From NCBI GenBank assembly GCA_035946615.1, contig DASYZB010000073.1:459-64458 (forward strand): a stretch of DNA of 64,000 nucleotides. Direction: 5' to 3'. The position numbers and the translations under genes were made by a program. This document shows positions 36,399-46,559 of this stretch, in pieces. A model generated the notes under the pieces. The model made no database searches and was not told where the DNA came from. It saw only the letters and a list, made by a program, of their open reading frames with translations. The stretch is from Verrucomicrobiia bacterium. Lineage in GTDB: Bacteria > Verrucomicrobiota > Verrucomicrobiia > Limisphaerales > UBA8199. The first letter of the stretch is position 1. Each line of letters opens with the position of its first letter.

Positions 36399-38812
36399 CT
36401 TCCGCCCGCTGAGGCTAGTTTGGTTTCGGCCTTTCTCGGAGGCAGCACGCGGAGGATGCCGCCATGAGCGATTGTATGGGCAATGGTCTCCCCGTTTTGT
36501 TTGATATCGACTGTGCAAAAGAGGTCTCGGTGCGAACCGAGCGAGCACTTTGGATCGGCTGTCACTTCGAAGACGACCTCCGAATCATCCTTAGTTATCT
36601 CCTTGGCAGGGGCGGTAATCTTATCAGGTAAACCGCGCAAAGTGACAAGCGCTTTGCCTTCAAAGGGCTTGGCATGCTGCAGAGTCACAGTGAGCTGGGC
36701 TGTTTTGCCGGGATTGAGCCGAAGCGTCTCGATCTTCCCTGTCAGGAAAGGCGCTGCGACTTCCAGGTCCGCCAGTTGAGACGATACGAAAACCGGGCCT
36801 CCCTCGACGTTCGCTTGACCCAAGACCGCAATCTTCCAAACCCGTGCTTCGGCGCCCCCCGCATTGAGCTGGTACACCACGTTGGTTTCCCCCTTGGGAA
36901 TAGTCGCTTCGGATTGGGAACTCACACCGGGCGGGTTCCATACCATATGAACCTCGATGGGTTCGTCGAAGGCGGGGTCGCGCTGGGCAACGATTTCCAA
37001 AGGCATTGAGCCGCCTTGAACCAGTGGGACCTTCGGCTGAACAATAGCGACCCTAAACGGCGCCTCTTTGGTCACCGCAACGCATAGCTTATCCACGCGC
37101 GTGCCATAGAAGCTCGCGCCATTGGGGCCCTCGACCAATTCCACGTCCTGACGAAACTTTCCAATAACCTGGCTTGTCCCGTTGGTCCCGGTAGCGGTCA
37201 GGTCAAGCAGCTTGCAGCCGATTGGCGCATCGGCAGCCGCCTCAAAAACCAGCGGCATCTGCTCCACATTCCGCGGCATGGTGTCGGCCAGCATCGTCAC
37301 CCCTTGTGGTAACCCCTCGATGTGAAAATCGAGGTCCCCGCCAAAATTCGCGCGCTTGGCCGATATGAGGGTGGCAAAGCGGTTGCCGCGCGGCACGACG
37401 ATGTACTGGCGCGATTGGGTGTCGTTGCGCGATACCTCAGGGATTTTCAACGTCACTCCCGCTTCAACCGGTGTGACCTCGACGCGGTACACGAAATCCC
37501 GTCCGCCTTGCCCGAGGGTGTCGCGCACGCGCATAAAGTAGTTGGTGGTTTCAGACGGCGTGAACTTCAACGAGCTGTCCGCCCCCTGGGCGTCGTCATT
37601 GGACGCGATGCTGTGGCCGCGGGCATCGAATATCTCGAGAACCGAATCCATCGGCGAGCGGAGGCGCCGCGCAAAAACGCTCACATCGAGCGCAGCGCCC
37701 TTGTGTGCCGGGAATTTATACCAATCCTCCTGCCCCTTTTTCTCGATGATGCCATTGAAAGCCAGCGGCGGGAGCAGGTCGGTTGCGGCGGCGTGGTCGC
37801 GATCATGGTTTGTTGCCACGAAGGGCACGTTCGGGAAATCCGACACGCGAATCCAGTTCGGGGAAGGGGCCGGCAAGCTGTCCAACTGGGCATAAACCCC
37901 GAATTTTTCACCGGCACGTTCCGGCAGCTTTAGTTCGTTGGTAAAAGCTCCAGTGGCCTCGCTAAAAAATGTTAAAGCGAGCGGTTCGCCCGCTTTGCCA
38001 CCCGGCGGGAAGACCGAATCGGGCCGTGGAAACGAGCCGATATGGAGCCGGTAATGGCAATCGTTGCCGCCGCCATAGCCGGCCTCGCGTAAACGAACGA
38101 CGTACGTCCCATCTTCAGACGCCGCAAGGCTGATGAAGGGGTCTTGCATGGCCAGCCAGGTATCATCGACATCCGCCAAAACTGCCCCGCGCGGGTCCAG
38201 CACCGTCAGCCGCGCATCCAGCGAACTGCGCCCCAGCCGCATCGCCTCCACCTCCGCCGAGAGGCGTTGACCTTTCTTCATCTCCACCGCGAAGCAGTCC
38301 ACGTCTTCGTTCTTGATTACACCGGCAACGGTGCAGTTGAGAGGGACTTTTTGGGCGTTCGTTGGATCATTATTCGGTTCCATTTCGTCAATCGCAGGAA
38401 ACGGTCCGACAAAGAAAGTGCGCAGCTCCGAAAGGCCGGAGGCGGTTCGCACGCGCAGATGGTATTCGCCAAGGGGGCAATCAGCGGCGAGCTTCAACCG
38501 CGCTTTGACCAGCTTGTTGGTGACCTCACCAAGCCCCGCGACTTGAATACCCGGTTCGTAACAAAGGATTTCCTGCGCGTCCTGCAAGCGGTCGCCGGCA
38601 AAGGTGACTTCAAGTTCCGTGCCGCGCTGACCGCCGGTGGGCAGGAGGGAGGCAACATGGGGCGAGCCGGCCGTCGCGGTGAGGACGACGCAAAAGAAAG
38701 ACAACAACGAGACAGCCGCTCTAGTACTGTGACACAGGCGTTTCGAGACCGAGGGCCTTTTCTCCCTGGCCCTCTCCTCCAAAGGATGAGAGGGAATTGC
38801 TTTCCGGCGCAT
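36395..38812 (-). CDS. secreted protein with two pre-peptidase C-terminal (PPC)-like domains
   Basis: EMEPNNDPTNAQKV..GVIKNEDVDCFAVEMKKGQRL..DARLTVLD and a second ..GQEDWYKFPAHKGAAL..DSVLEIFD..NDD.. match the PPC pattern. The start is uncertain (ATG 38812, or 39007). Confidence 0.6.
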   Translation of the reverse strand: MRRKAIPSHPLEERAREKRPSVSKRLCHSTRAAVSLLSFFCVVLTATAGSPHVASLLPTGGQRGTELEVTFAGDRLQDAQEILCYEPGIQVAGLGEVTNKLVKARLKLAADCPLGEYHLRVRTASGLSELRTFFVGPFPAIDEMEPNNDPTNAQKVPLNCTVAGVIKNEDVDCFAVEMKKGQRLSAEVEAMRLGRSSLDARLTVLDPRGAVLADVDDTWLAMQDPFISLAASEDGTYVVRLREAGYGGGNDCHYRLHIGSFPRPDSVFPPGGKAGEPLALTFFSEATGAFTNELKLPERAGEKFGVYAQLDSLPAPSPNWIRVSDFPNVPFVATNHDRDHAAATDLLPPLAFNGIIEKKGQEDWYKFPAHKGAALDVSVFARRLRSPMDSVLEIFDARGHSIASNDDAQGADSSLKFTPSETTNYFMRVRDTLGQGGRDFVYRVEVTPVEAGVTLKIPEVSRNDTQSRQYIVVPRGNRFATLISAKRANFGGDLDFHIEGLPQGVTMLADTMPRNVEQMPLVFEAAADAPIGCKLLDLTATGTNGTSQVIGKFRQDVELVEGPNGASFYGTRVDKLCVAVTKEAPFRVAIVQPKVPLVQGGSMPLEIVAQRDPAFDEPIEVHMVWNPPGVSSQSEATIPKGETNVVYQLNAGGAEARVWKIAVLGQANVEGGPVFVSSQLADLEVAAPFLTGKIETLRLNPGKTAQLTVTLQHAKPFEGKALVTLRGLPDKITAPAKEITKDDSEVVFEVTADPKCSLGSHRDLFCTVDIKQNGETIAHTIAHGGILRVLPPRKAETKLASAGGR

Positions 38813-39010
38813 GTGACGAAACTTAGTTGCCAGTTTACTAGCGAGGCCTGCCCTCAGACTGTGGCTCGGACATCTTGCCCGAGTCCCCACGGCCGAGACG
38901 CCCGTGCAACGGCCAAAACTTGACCTGACACAGCCCTGGGAAAGGCGAACCATTACAGTGACTTTCATCCCTCCCCTTCTGACCCGGTCCGCGGTCGCCG
39001 GGCTCATTCG

Positions 39011-40327
39011 TTAGGCAAGCAGTGCCTGGGCCACTTCGCCGTCCTTGATGATTTTCACCGGACGAGCGCCGGCCAGCAGCGTCTTGTCCCAGTCAATCCC
39101 CAGCAGGTGATAAATGGTGGCCGCATAATCGGGCACGGTGAGCCCGTCAGCATCGACTTCGCTCCCGGTCGGGTCGGTTGCCCCGTGGATGCAGCCTTGT
39201 TTAACGCCGCCTCCGGCCATCACGATGCTGAAAACTTTCGGATAATGGTCTCGCCCGGCTGTGCCGTTGACCTTGGGTGTGCGTCCAAACTCGGTGGTCA
39301 CGAGCACCAGAGTCGAATCAAGCATCCCACGCTGCGCCAGGTCCCTGATGAGGGCGGCGAAGGCCTGGTCAAATGCGGGCATCTGGCTGGTGACCCCCTG
39401 GCGGATATTATCGTGGTGGTCCCAACCGCCGTAGGTCAGGGAAACGAATCGCACGCCAGACTCGATCAGGCGCCGGGCCAGGAGCATCCGTTGGCCGGCC
39501 GCATTGTGCCCGTAGTCAGCGCGCAATTTCTCCGGCTCTTTCTTGAGGTCAAAGGCCTCACGCGCCTTGTCCGAACTCATCATGGCGTAGGCGCGCTGAT
39601 AAAATGAGTCCATCCCTTCGAGCGCATCCGATTTCTCGATGGCGCTGAAATGCGCATCCACCACCGCCCGCATCGCGCGCCGCTCGGCAAAGCGCTTCTC
39701 GTCCACCCCGTTTGGCAGATTGAGGTCGCGCACCTTGAACCCGCGATTGGCCGGGTCTGCCCCGAGACTGAACGGCCCGTAAGCGGAGCCGAGATAGCCG
39801 GTGCCGGCGAAGGGGTTCGGTTGCGTCGGGATGCAAACATACGGCGGCAAATCATTCCGCGGCCCCAGCTCGTGCGACACGATGCTGCCGATGCTGGGGT
39901 ATTGCACCGCAGGGCTTGGACGCCAGCCGGTGAACATGTTATGCGTCCCGCGGTTGTGGTCCGCTTCCCCGTGAGTCATCGAGCGGATAACACAGATTTT
40001 GTCGGCAATTTCCGCCGTTCGCTTGAGGTCTTCTGAAAAATAAACACCTTCGAGCTTGGTTTTGACCGTCCCCAGCGGCCCACGATACTCGATTGGCGCC
40101 AGCAGCTTCGGATCAAACGATTCCTGGGCAGCTATGCCTCCCGGCAGAAAGATATTGATAACCCCCTGAGCGCGGGCGCCAGTCCCCAAAGTTTCGGCCT
40201 GAAGCCGCATGGCATTGCCGAGGGTCAACCCGAGACTGCCTATCAAGCCGACAAAGAGGAATTCGCGTCGATTGGGGCGCCAGATGTGCTCGGGGCTATT
40301 GCAGAAGGAAGAGTAAGTTTCAGCCAT
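39011..40327 (-). CDS. DUF1501 domain protein (sulfatase/alkaline-phosphatase superfamily), Tat-exported
   Basis: RREFLFVGLIGSLGLTLG Tat leader. Characteristic DUF1501 segments: GGWDHH, TEFGRTP..N..GRDH. Confidence 0.9.
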   Translation of the reverse strand: MAETYSSFCNSPEHIWRPNRREFLFVGLIGSLGLTLGNAMRLQAETLGTGARAQGVINIFLPGGIAAQESFDPKLLAPIEYRGPLGTVKTKLEGVYFSEDLKRTAEIADKICVIRSMTHGEADHNRGTHNMFTGWRPSPAVQYPSIGSIVSHELGPRNDLPPYVCIPTQPNPFAGTGYLGSAYGPFSLGADPANRGFKVRDLNLPNGVDEKRFAERRAMRAVVDAHFSAIEKSDALEGMDSFYQRAYAMMSSDKAREAFDLKKEPEKLRADYGHNAAGQRMLLARRLIESGVRFVSLTYGGWDHHDNIRQGVTSQMPAFDQAFAALIRDLAQRGMLDSTLVLVTTEFGRTPKVNGTAGRDHYPKVFSIVMAGGGVKQGCIHGATDPTGSEVDADGLTVPDYAATIYHLLGIDWDKTLLAGARPVKIIKDGEVAQALLA

Positions 40328-40540
40328 AACATTTCCTCAAACGAACATTAAAACAATCTAACTTCCTATATCAATGTCATGCCTTCGATGAAAAGCAACT
40401 GCGTTCTTTGGGGTGCCCACCCCAGGCAGAATCCGAGGGAGCGTGGAGCGGGAGAACCTGTAGCGCAGGGGCGATAAGTTGTGGGGCTGCGCCTGCATAA
40501 GGCATAGGCGTTTAAGGGAACAGCAGTCCGGCGGCGTCCA

Positions 40541-41788
40541 TCACGGCAGCACCATCCTGCGGGTGGTTTTGCCCGCAGCGCCGTGGGTTGAAAACTGCGG
40601 CGCCGCTCGAGGTCGGGCGAGCATGATCGAGGCGGCCATCAGGCCTAAAGCGCCGCAGGCCAGCCATAAGATCAATCGGCTGGTGGAGAACAGGAGCAGT
40701 CCCAGGCTCGGGCCGCACACAAAAGCCACTGCCCAAACAGTCCCGTAGGTCCCCATATAAAGGCCGCGCTGATGAGAGGGGGCAAGGTCGGCTACATAGG
40801 CGGCGGCCACAGGCATGCTGATCATCTCGCCCAGAGTGAATAGGGCCGTTGTCAGCGCCATTAAAGGAATCGTGCGCTCCAGGGCGTTCGAGGCGAAACC
40901 GGCCCCGATGAGCAGGAAGCCCAACGCCATGATCCGGCGGGCGGCAAATCGCCGGGTGATGGTGGTCAGCGGCAGTTCGCAGAACACCACCAGCACACCA
41001 TTTAACGAAATGACGAGGCCATAAACTGAAGGCGCAAAACCGCTGCTGGTGATTTCAAGGCTCATGGTCGAGAACACTTGAACGAACACCAGCGCAACCA
41101 GCAACGCCGCACAAAGCACTTGGCGGAATTGCTTGTCCTCCCGCAGGACTCGGAAGGTTTCTCCCCAGGCGCTCTGGGCCCGGATGCCGCGCAATCCAGC
41201 CGGCAATGCGAACCAAGCCACCAATCCATAAAGAACCGAGGTGGCCGCGTCGCCGGCGAAAAGCCAGAAAAACGAATGCTTGGCCAACAAGCCCGCGGTC
41301 GCCGGGCCGAACGCCCAGCCGGCATTGAGCGCCATCCGGTAGCCCGAGAATGCCGTCACACGCTGGCCAGGCGGCACCAAATCCGCCAGCAAGGCGCTGC
41401 TGGCCGGGCGGTACAGTTCCCCTGTCAGGCCCGCCAGGCCCGCAAAAAGCACAATCGCCGACAGAGCGCGGGCCTGGGAGAGGCATAACATCGCCACAGC
41501 CACCGAGAACATCGAAAGCACAATCGTCTTGCGGCGCCCCAAGCGGTCCGCCAGATAGCCGCCCAAAATGCACGCCCCCAATGTGCCAACACCATAAGCG
41601 GCCATGGCCAGCCCAGCCTGCGCCGCCTTGTACCCCAGGCGTGTCAGGTAAATGGCCAGAAACGGCATCACAAAGGTCCCGAACTTATTCAGGAACGTGC
41701 CCAGAAAAAGCACCCACGCCCCGCGCGGCAGCGCCCGCAGATTCTCTCGAAGACCGGCTGGTCTCTGGCTCATATCAAGTTGGCTCAA
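40541..41788 (-). CDS. MFS transporter
   Basis: About 12 predicted TM helices and the MFS loop motif GYLADRLGRRK. Confidence 0.85.
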   Translation of the reverse strand: MSQLDMSQRPAGLRENLRALPRGAWVLFLGTFLNKFGTFVMPFLAIYLTRLGYKAAQAGLAMAAYGVGTLGACILGGYLADRLGRRKTIVLSMFSVAVAMLCLSQARALSAIVLFAGLAGLTGELYRPASSALLADLVPPGQRVTAFSGYRMALNAGWAFGPATAGLLAKHSFFWLFAGDAATSVLYGLVAWFALPAGLRGIRAQSAWGETFRVLREDKQFRQVLCAALLVALVFVQVFSTMSLEITSSGFAPSVYGLVISLNGVLVVFCELPLTTITRRFAARRIMALGFLLIGAGFASNALERTIPLMALTTALFTLGEMISMPVAAAYVADLAPSHQRGLYMGTYGTVWAVAFVCGPSLGLLLFSTSRLILWLACGALGLMAASIMLARPRAAPQFSTHGAAGKTTRRMVLP

Positions 41789-41793
41789 TGTGC

Positions 41794-41830
41794 AAATAAA
41801 AAACCCACCCGCCTTTCAGCGGGTGGGTTT
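41794..41830 (-). terminator. rho-independent terminator (minus strand)
   Basis: aaacccacccgc-tgaaag-gcgggtgggttt followed by TTTTTATTT on the minus strand, ~190 nt downstream of the 42023 gene. Confidence 0.6.
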
Positions 41831-42022
41831 GGGAAAATTGTTTTTGCTTACATCTCAGGAATCTGACCCCAACCGCTGTTACGGCGCCACATGCTAACTG
41901 GCAGAAGGCGCCAGCAAGCCACGGAGTGCGCGAACGTTTCGCGCAGGACGGGCGGCTTGGGTTGAGGCTGAATGATCATGCGCCGCTAAATTAATTCAAC
42001 AAACGCGGCTGTCAAGGGCGGG

Positions 42023-43312
42023 TTAGGGCAGCGTGACGGCGCGAAAGAACTTTTGTGCCTCGGCGGCTGATTCAAAGAATTCAACCAGGCCATTGGTGGC
42101 GAGGAAGGTTGCCGCATCCTGCCACAGGGGCGGGTGGGTTGATTCCTGGACGGTATAATGCCAATCCGGTTGAGCCTTGAACGAAAAGTGAAAAGAGCCA
42201 TCCGGCCAGCGGCTGGAATTGGTCAGGGTCACCGATGACGCGGGCGCCAGCGGCACGAAATCGAAGCTCTTGATGACAACCTCGGCCTCTTGATTATCCG
42301 TCGGCGCCGCCCCGTTCATGAGCCACAAATTGATTCGCACATTCTCATCCCCGGTCTGTGGCACGGCGAGCGAGTAAGCCCAGCTTGCCACGATGTTGCT
42401 GGCCGCGGGAACGGGCGAATAGCAGCCGCGCTGGCATTCAAAAGCGATGCGGTTGTTCTGCCAGGTAAACAGGTGCGTCGAGTTGGTCAGACCCGCCGGC
42501 ACGGCGTAGCGGACCAGGTGGCCGGGCGGAGAATAAGGTTGCACGACGAATTGCGCGTTGTTCGGATCGGCTGCAACGCCCCAACGCGAGCATTCGACGT
42601 CGATTTCCCGATGGGTATAGGCCGGGTCATCACTCCAGGTGAACAGCCCAAGAACCACATTCGGGTTCAGATTATCCACACGCGAATTCAGCTCGAAACG
42701 GTAGCTGCCGTAGCCGAATGTTCGCGCCGACACGAGTTCGGCGCATTGCCACTGGTTCGAGCGGTTGGTTATCCTGGCGTGCAACTGTCCTTGAGCATCC
42801 ACCCAGATGTTGCTGGCGCTGTCGGAGAAATAATTCGGACCGGGCCCCACGGGGCCCGCGCTGGTTTTGACCCGCCAATCGTATCCGGCAAAACTGAGCC
42901 AACGTGTGCCGGGCTGCTGACGCGTCACTACCGCGCTGCAGAGGGCCTGGGCGAAAACATTGGTGGGCAAGAAACTCAGCCCGCTGACACAAGGCTGATT
43001 AAAATTGGTGCTCACTACGAATGCGGCCACACGGCTGGCCAAAGCATCGTTGCCGCCAGTTGTGATGTCCGTGGTCCAGCTCCCATCTGCTCGAATCGCA
43101 GTCAATGGCGAGGCGCAGTACGGTTTCGAGTGCCAGCCGGCCCCAGGCACGTAAATGAAGACGGCCACCTTGTGGGTTGCGGGATCGACCTCCAGCACTT
43201 CACCAGCTAAACTGGCGGATGAACCATACGAGGGCAGATTGGTAATGACAATCGCAGGGGCCGCGGCAACAGAACAGCCAAAGAGAAGAGTTAACCAGAA
43301 TATTTTCGGCAT
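42023..43312 (-). CDS. secreted GH16-like (concanavalin-type glucanase fold) protein
   Basis: Signal peptide. HREIDVECS matches the GH16 E-x-D-x-x-E catalytic motif. C-terminal beta-sandwich module ends KFFRAVTLP. Confidence 0.6.
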   Translation of the reverse strand: MPKIFWLTLLFGCSVAAAPAIVITNLPSYGSSASLAGEVLEVDPATHKVAVFIYVPGAGWHSKPYCASPLTAIRADGSWTTDITTGGNDALASRVAAFVVSTNFNQPCVSGLSFLPTNVFAQALCSAVVTRQQPGTRWLSFAGYDWRVKTSAGPVGPGPNYFSDSASNIWVDAQGQLHARITNRSNQWQCAELVSARTFGYGSYRFELNSRVDNLNPNVVLGLFTWSDDPAYTHREIDVECSRWGVAADPNNAQFVVQPYSPPGHLVRYAVPAGLTNSTHLFTWQNNRIAFECQRGCYSPVPAASNIVASWAYSLAVPQTGDENVRINLWLMNGAAPTDNQEAEVVIKSFDFVPLAPASSVTLTNSSRWPDGSFHFSFKAQPDWHYTVQESTHPPLWQDAATFLATNGLVEFFESAAEAQKFFRAVTLP

Positions 43313-43357
43313 TTTTTGGCATTCACAAGCGCAATAGAAGCGAGAGTGTCTACCTCG

Positions 43358-44095
43358 CTACAACGGGGTACGCTTGTCCTTAAGGAACTGGACGTGGCCA
43401 TCAAGCAGGACCCGGTTGCGGCCGCCTGGATGAATGGTGCGGCCTTTGAGGTCGGCCTGAACGCTGGGAACCGTTGAGGGAAAGTAAGGGTCCACAACCA
43501 ACTCCACATCACAGGGACCGTTGATGACGCCGACCTGCGGGTCATTCGCCGCTTGCAAATCGACAACGGCTTGGACTTCGGTTTTGCCCCAGAAATCTTC
43601 CAAACCCACCGGGTCATCCGGGCGATCAAAGCGCCATGCCCAGTAGCGCGACACAAGGGTGTTGGTCAGGGCCGAAGTTGCCTGGGTACTCTGCAAAGCG
43701 GTGCCGGCGGGAGTGTTCAGCGCGGCGGTGCAAGCCCAAACCGTATCGAGGGCCCCGTATCCGCGCAGGGCGCTGGCAGCCCAGCCGGCGCGTGGGTCTG
43801 ACGGAGGCCAGCTCGTCCAAGGCTTGTAGCCTCCCGGCAAGGTAGTTTTGAGGTCGCGCCGGTCCATAAACCGGTCCTGGTGGTCGTCCAGATACATCTC
43901 GAAGGCTAAGCCGATTTGCCTCAAGTTCGACAGGCAGGAGGCGCGCTGGGATTTTTGTTTCGCACCGGCCAGAGCGGGCAAGAGCATTGCCGCAAGGATC
44001 GCAATGATTGCGATAACCACAAGCAATTCGATGAGAGTGAATGCAAAACGCCGCCACTCCCTTGAAAGCCGGAGGCGGGGTTCAGGAATGCGCAT
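43358..44095 (-). CDS. prepilin-type N-terminal cleavage/methylation protein with H-X9-DG C-terminal motif
   Basis: [26 protein letters not shown] and C-terminal [12 protein letters not shown] (H-x9-DG). Confidence 0.85.
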   Translation of the reverse strand: MRIPEPRLRLSREWRRFAFTLIELLVVIAIIAILAAMLLPALAGAKQKSQRASCLSNLRQIGLAFEMYLDDHQDRFMDRRDLKTTLPGGYKPWTSWPPSDPRAGWAASALRGYGALDTVWACTAALNTPAGTALQSTQATSALTNTLVSRYWAWRFDRPDDPVGLEDFWGKTEVQAVVDLQAANDPQVGVINGPCDVELVVDPYFPSTVPSVQADLKGRTIHPGGRNRVLLDGHVQFLKDKRTPL

Positions 44096-44458
44096 GGCAA
44101 CCCTTATTCAGCATAGTAGGCATGATAGAATAGACCGATGGAATTGCAAACAGGAACCGCGGGGGTGCGGGTCATTTTCCAAATGTTAGGAGGTTCTAAC
44201 CGGATATTGCTCCTCTGAGAGCAAGAACCGGTGTACTACATTTTAACGACATGTCATCCAGAGTCTCCCTGCTAAACTCAAAGAGCTTGAAACTTGAACG
44301 GTCGCCTCATAAAACTCGAGTCTATTGGCGAGAAAAGACCAGGTTCAGCATTGGAGTGCTGGACAGGATTTCCTCGAACAGTGCTTGGGTCCGAGGCTGG
44401 CCCCCGTCGAAAGAAGTAATGCGTCATGTTTAAAACCCCCAAAGAGCAGGATAGGCCT

Positions 44459-46378
44459 ATGAAACAGAATTCCATTGTATTGCGAAGGCTACGCACGGCG
44501 GCTGTTGGCGCGCTGCTAGCCGGTTCGCTTAGCCTTGTTCAGGCCCAAACCTACACCAATGTCATTTTAGGCCAATTCGATACTGCAGGTGGCGGGATTA
44601 TTAACAGTTTCGTGCAGTGGTGGGGAGACCCGACCTGGGATCAATCCTGGGATGGGGCCGAGAATGCCACAACGACTCTTGGCCCGAATAACGCCGGGTC
44701 AGGCGCCGAAAAGATCGTCGTCCATTGGAATCAGACCACGACCCAGAATCAGCTCTGCATTTGGCAGGAAGTGGATGGCACGCAGAATTACTGGGTGGAC
44801 CCGTCCCAGCGGGTCAATGGATTTTACTACGACCTGTCGTTCGATATCAAATTCGACCCGGCTTCGGCAAAAACCGCTGCCGGAGATTACGGGCACTTGC
44901 AGTTTGGTGTTTCGACGCCCACATGGAACCAGGTATGGCTATCGGATTTTCCTCATTTCAACAGCAACGGCTGGGCGCATATCACCTGCCCCATCGATGC
45001 CGCTACCCCAAATATCGACCAGATTACTGCCTTCATCATCTATTATCCGTGGCAGCCGGGCGCGATTAATGGCGACCAGACCTTCTGGGTGGACAATATT
45101 ATCTTCCAAACGAACCTCACCAAGAACATAAGACCCCCAACGATGGGCCTCTCGCCTGTGAGCGGGCATCCCGGGTTGAACCTGGTCGCTGCCGCCGGAC
45201 AATACTCGCGGGACAATATTGCCACTGCCAGTGGCGACTGGGGCTGGGTGGGTAACAGCGATTCCAAACCGGTCACCTACTCGTTCACCATCTCCGATTA
45301 CCCGCCGGCTATCTATCAAGGTTTCCAGACCCATGTGTTCCTTGCTTCTTCTCCTGGAACGGAGAACTCGCCCGATTGGAATGAAGCCAACTGCGCCTTC
45401 CTGGATATCCAGGATCAGCTTAACGGCAGCGCCACGGCTACCTTCCGCTACAAGACCAATGAACCCAATAACAATAGCATGATGTACGGCGCCGGCGCAC
45501 TGAGCACCATCACCGCTACCAACCCCATCGGGACCTGGACCTTGAGTTTCCTTCATGACACCAACGTCACCGTGACGGTCCCCGGGGGCGCCAGCACCAA
45601 TTTCAACTTCCCGGACCTGGTTGCCGTGCAAAACGCTTTCCCGCCGCCGGTGACTGCGTATTTTGGCGTCCAACCAAATCAGACTGCCAATAGCGGTCAG
45701 CGCGTCACTCTGAGCCGCGTACAAATCTCGGCTGCAAGCACCATCGATGATAAGTTCACGGGGCCTGACCTCGACACGAACATCTGGATGCTAAGGGCGG
45801 ATACGCCCCAGGACGTTTTCATCGTGAAAACCAACGACCTCTGGTGGCTCAACTGGACGCTGCCGGACCGTGGCTTTGATGTGGTGCAGGTCAGCCCCGA
45901 TTTGAGCCCAGGCTCCTGGGTGGACACCACGCTCGCCAGTAATGCAATTGTCCAAGGTTCCTCGAAGGTCGTCAAAATCGACAGCACCGTGGTCCCTTCG
46001 ACCAGCCATAGTTACTTCCGGATGGTGAAGCGCGTTCCGGTCAAACTCCAGGTGCTCATGCCGGGCGAAACGGCAGCTCCCAACACGCCCACCGGCAAGA
46101 CGGGCACGCCTCTTCCTCAAAAAGTCGGCGTCAATTTTAATGTGATCGTCAATGCGGTGGATCAGGACTGGAACGTCATCCCAAGCGTCACCGATAATGT
46201 GACCTTTACCAGCAGTGACCCCAACTTTGCCCCGCCAATGGACGCGGCACTGGTCAACGGCACAGCAACGTTTAGCCCGTTTTTCGCCACCGCGGGCAGC
46301 CAAACACTTACCGCAACTGACACGGCTACCACCACTATCGCCCCGGGCACCGGGACGGCTACGACAGTCACCCCTTAA
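44459..46378 (+). CDS. secreted hypothetical protein with CBM-like N-terminal module and Ig-like C-terminal domain
   Basis: Signal peptide MKQNSIVLRRLRTAAVGALLAGSLSLVQA. FWVDNIIF resembles the CBM4/9-like end motif. The C-terminal ~100 aa are Big-like (VTFTSSDP..TATFS). Confidence 0.5.
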   Translation: MKQNSIVLRRLRTAAVGALLAGSLSLVQAQTYTNVILGQFDTAGGGIINSFVQWWGDPTWDQSWDGAENATTTLGPNNAGSGAEKIVVHWNQTTTQNQLCIWQEVDGTQNYWVDPSQRVNGFYYDLSFDIKFDPASAKTAAGDYGHLQFGVSTPTWNQVWLSDFPHFNSNGWAHITCPIDAATPNIDQITAFIIYYPWQPGAINGDQTFWVDNIIFQTNLTKNIRPPTMGLSPVSGHPGLNLVAAAGQYSRDNIATASGDWGWVGNSDSKPVTYSFTISDYPPAIYQGFQTHVFLASSPGTENSPDWNEANCAFLDIQDQLNGSATATFRYKTNEPNNNSMMYGAGALSTITATNPIGTWTLSFLHDTNVTVTVPGGASTNFNFPDLVAVQNAFPPPVTAYFGVQPNQTANSGQRVTLSRVQISAASTIDDKFTGPDLDTNIWMLRADTPQDVFIVKTNDLWWLNWTLPDRGFDVVQVSPDLSPGSWVDTTLASNAIVQGSSKVVKIDSTVVPSTSHSYFRMVKRVPVKLQVLMPGETAAPNTPTGKTGTPLPQKVGVNFNVIVNAVDQDWNVIPSVTDNVTFTSSDPNFAPPMDAALVNGTATFSPFFATAGSQTLTATDTATTTIAPGTGTATTVTP

Positions 46379-46402
46379 GGCCGTCTGTTTTAAACTAACC
46401 CG

Positions 46403-46436
46403 AAAGGCGCCGGGCATGGCCCGGCGCCTTTTTTCT
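46403..46436 (+). terminator. rho-independent terminator
   Basis: aaaggcgccgggc-atg-gcccggcgccttt followed by tttcttcc. Confidence 0.75.
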
Positions 46437-46559
46437 TCCGGTCTCACCGTGATGAGACGAAGGGCCTGTAAGTGCAGGGGTCTGCATTGACAACTATCCA
46501 CCGGCCATTACTCTGTTGAACAGCGCGAAGACGCCGTTGAGTCGAGCGCGAACCAATTC

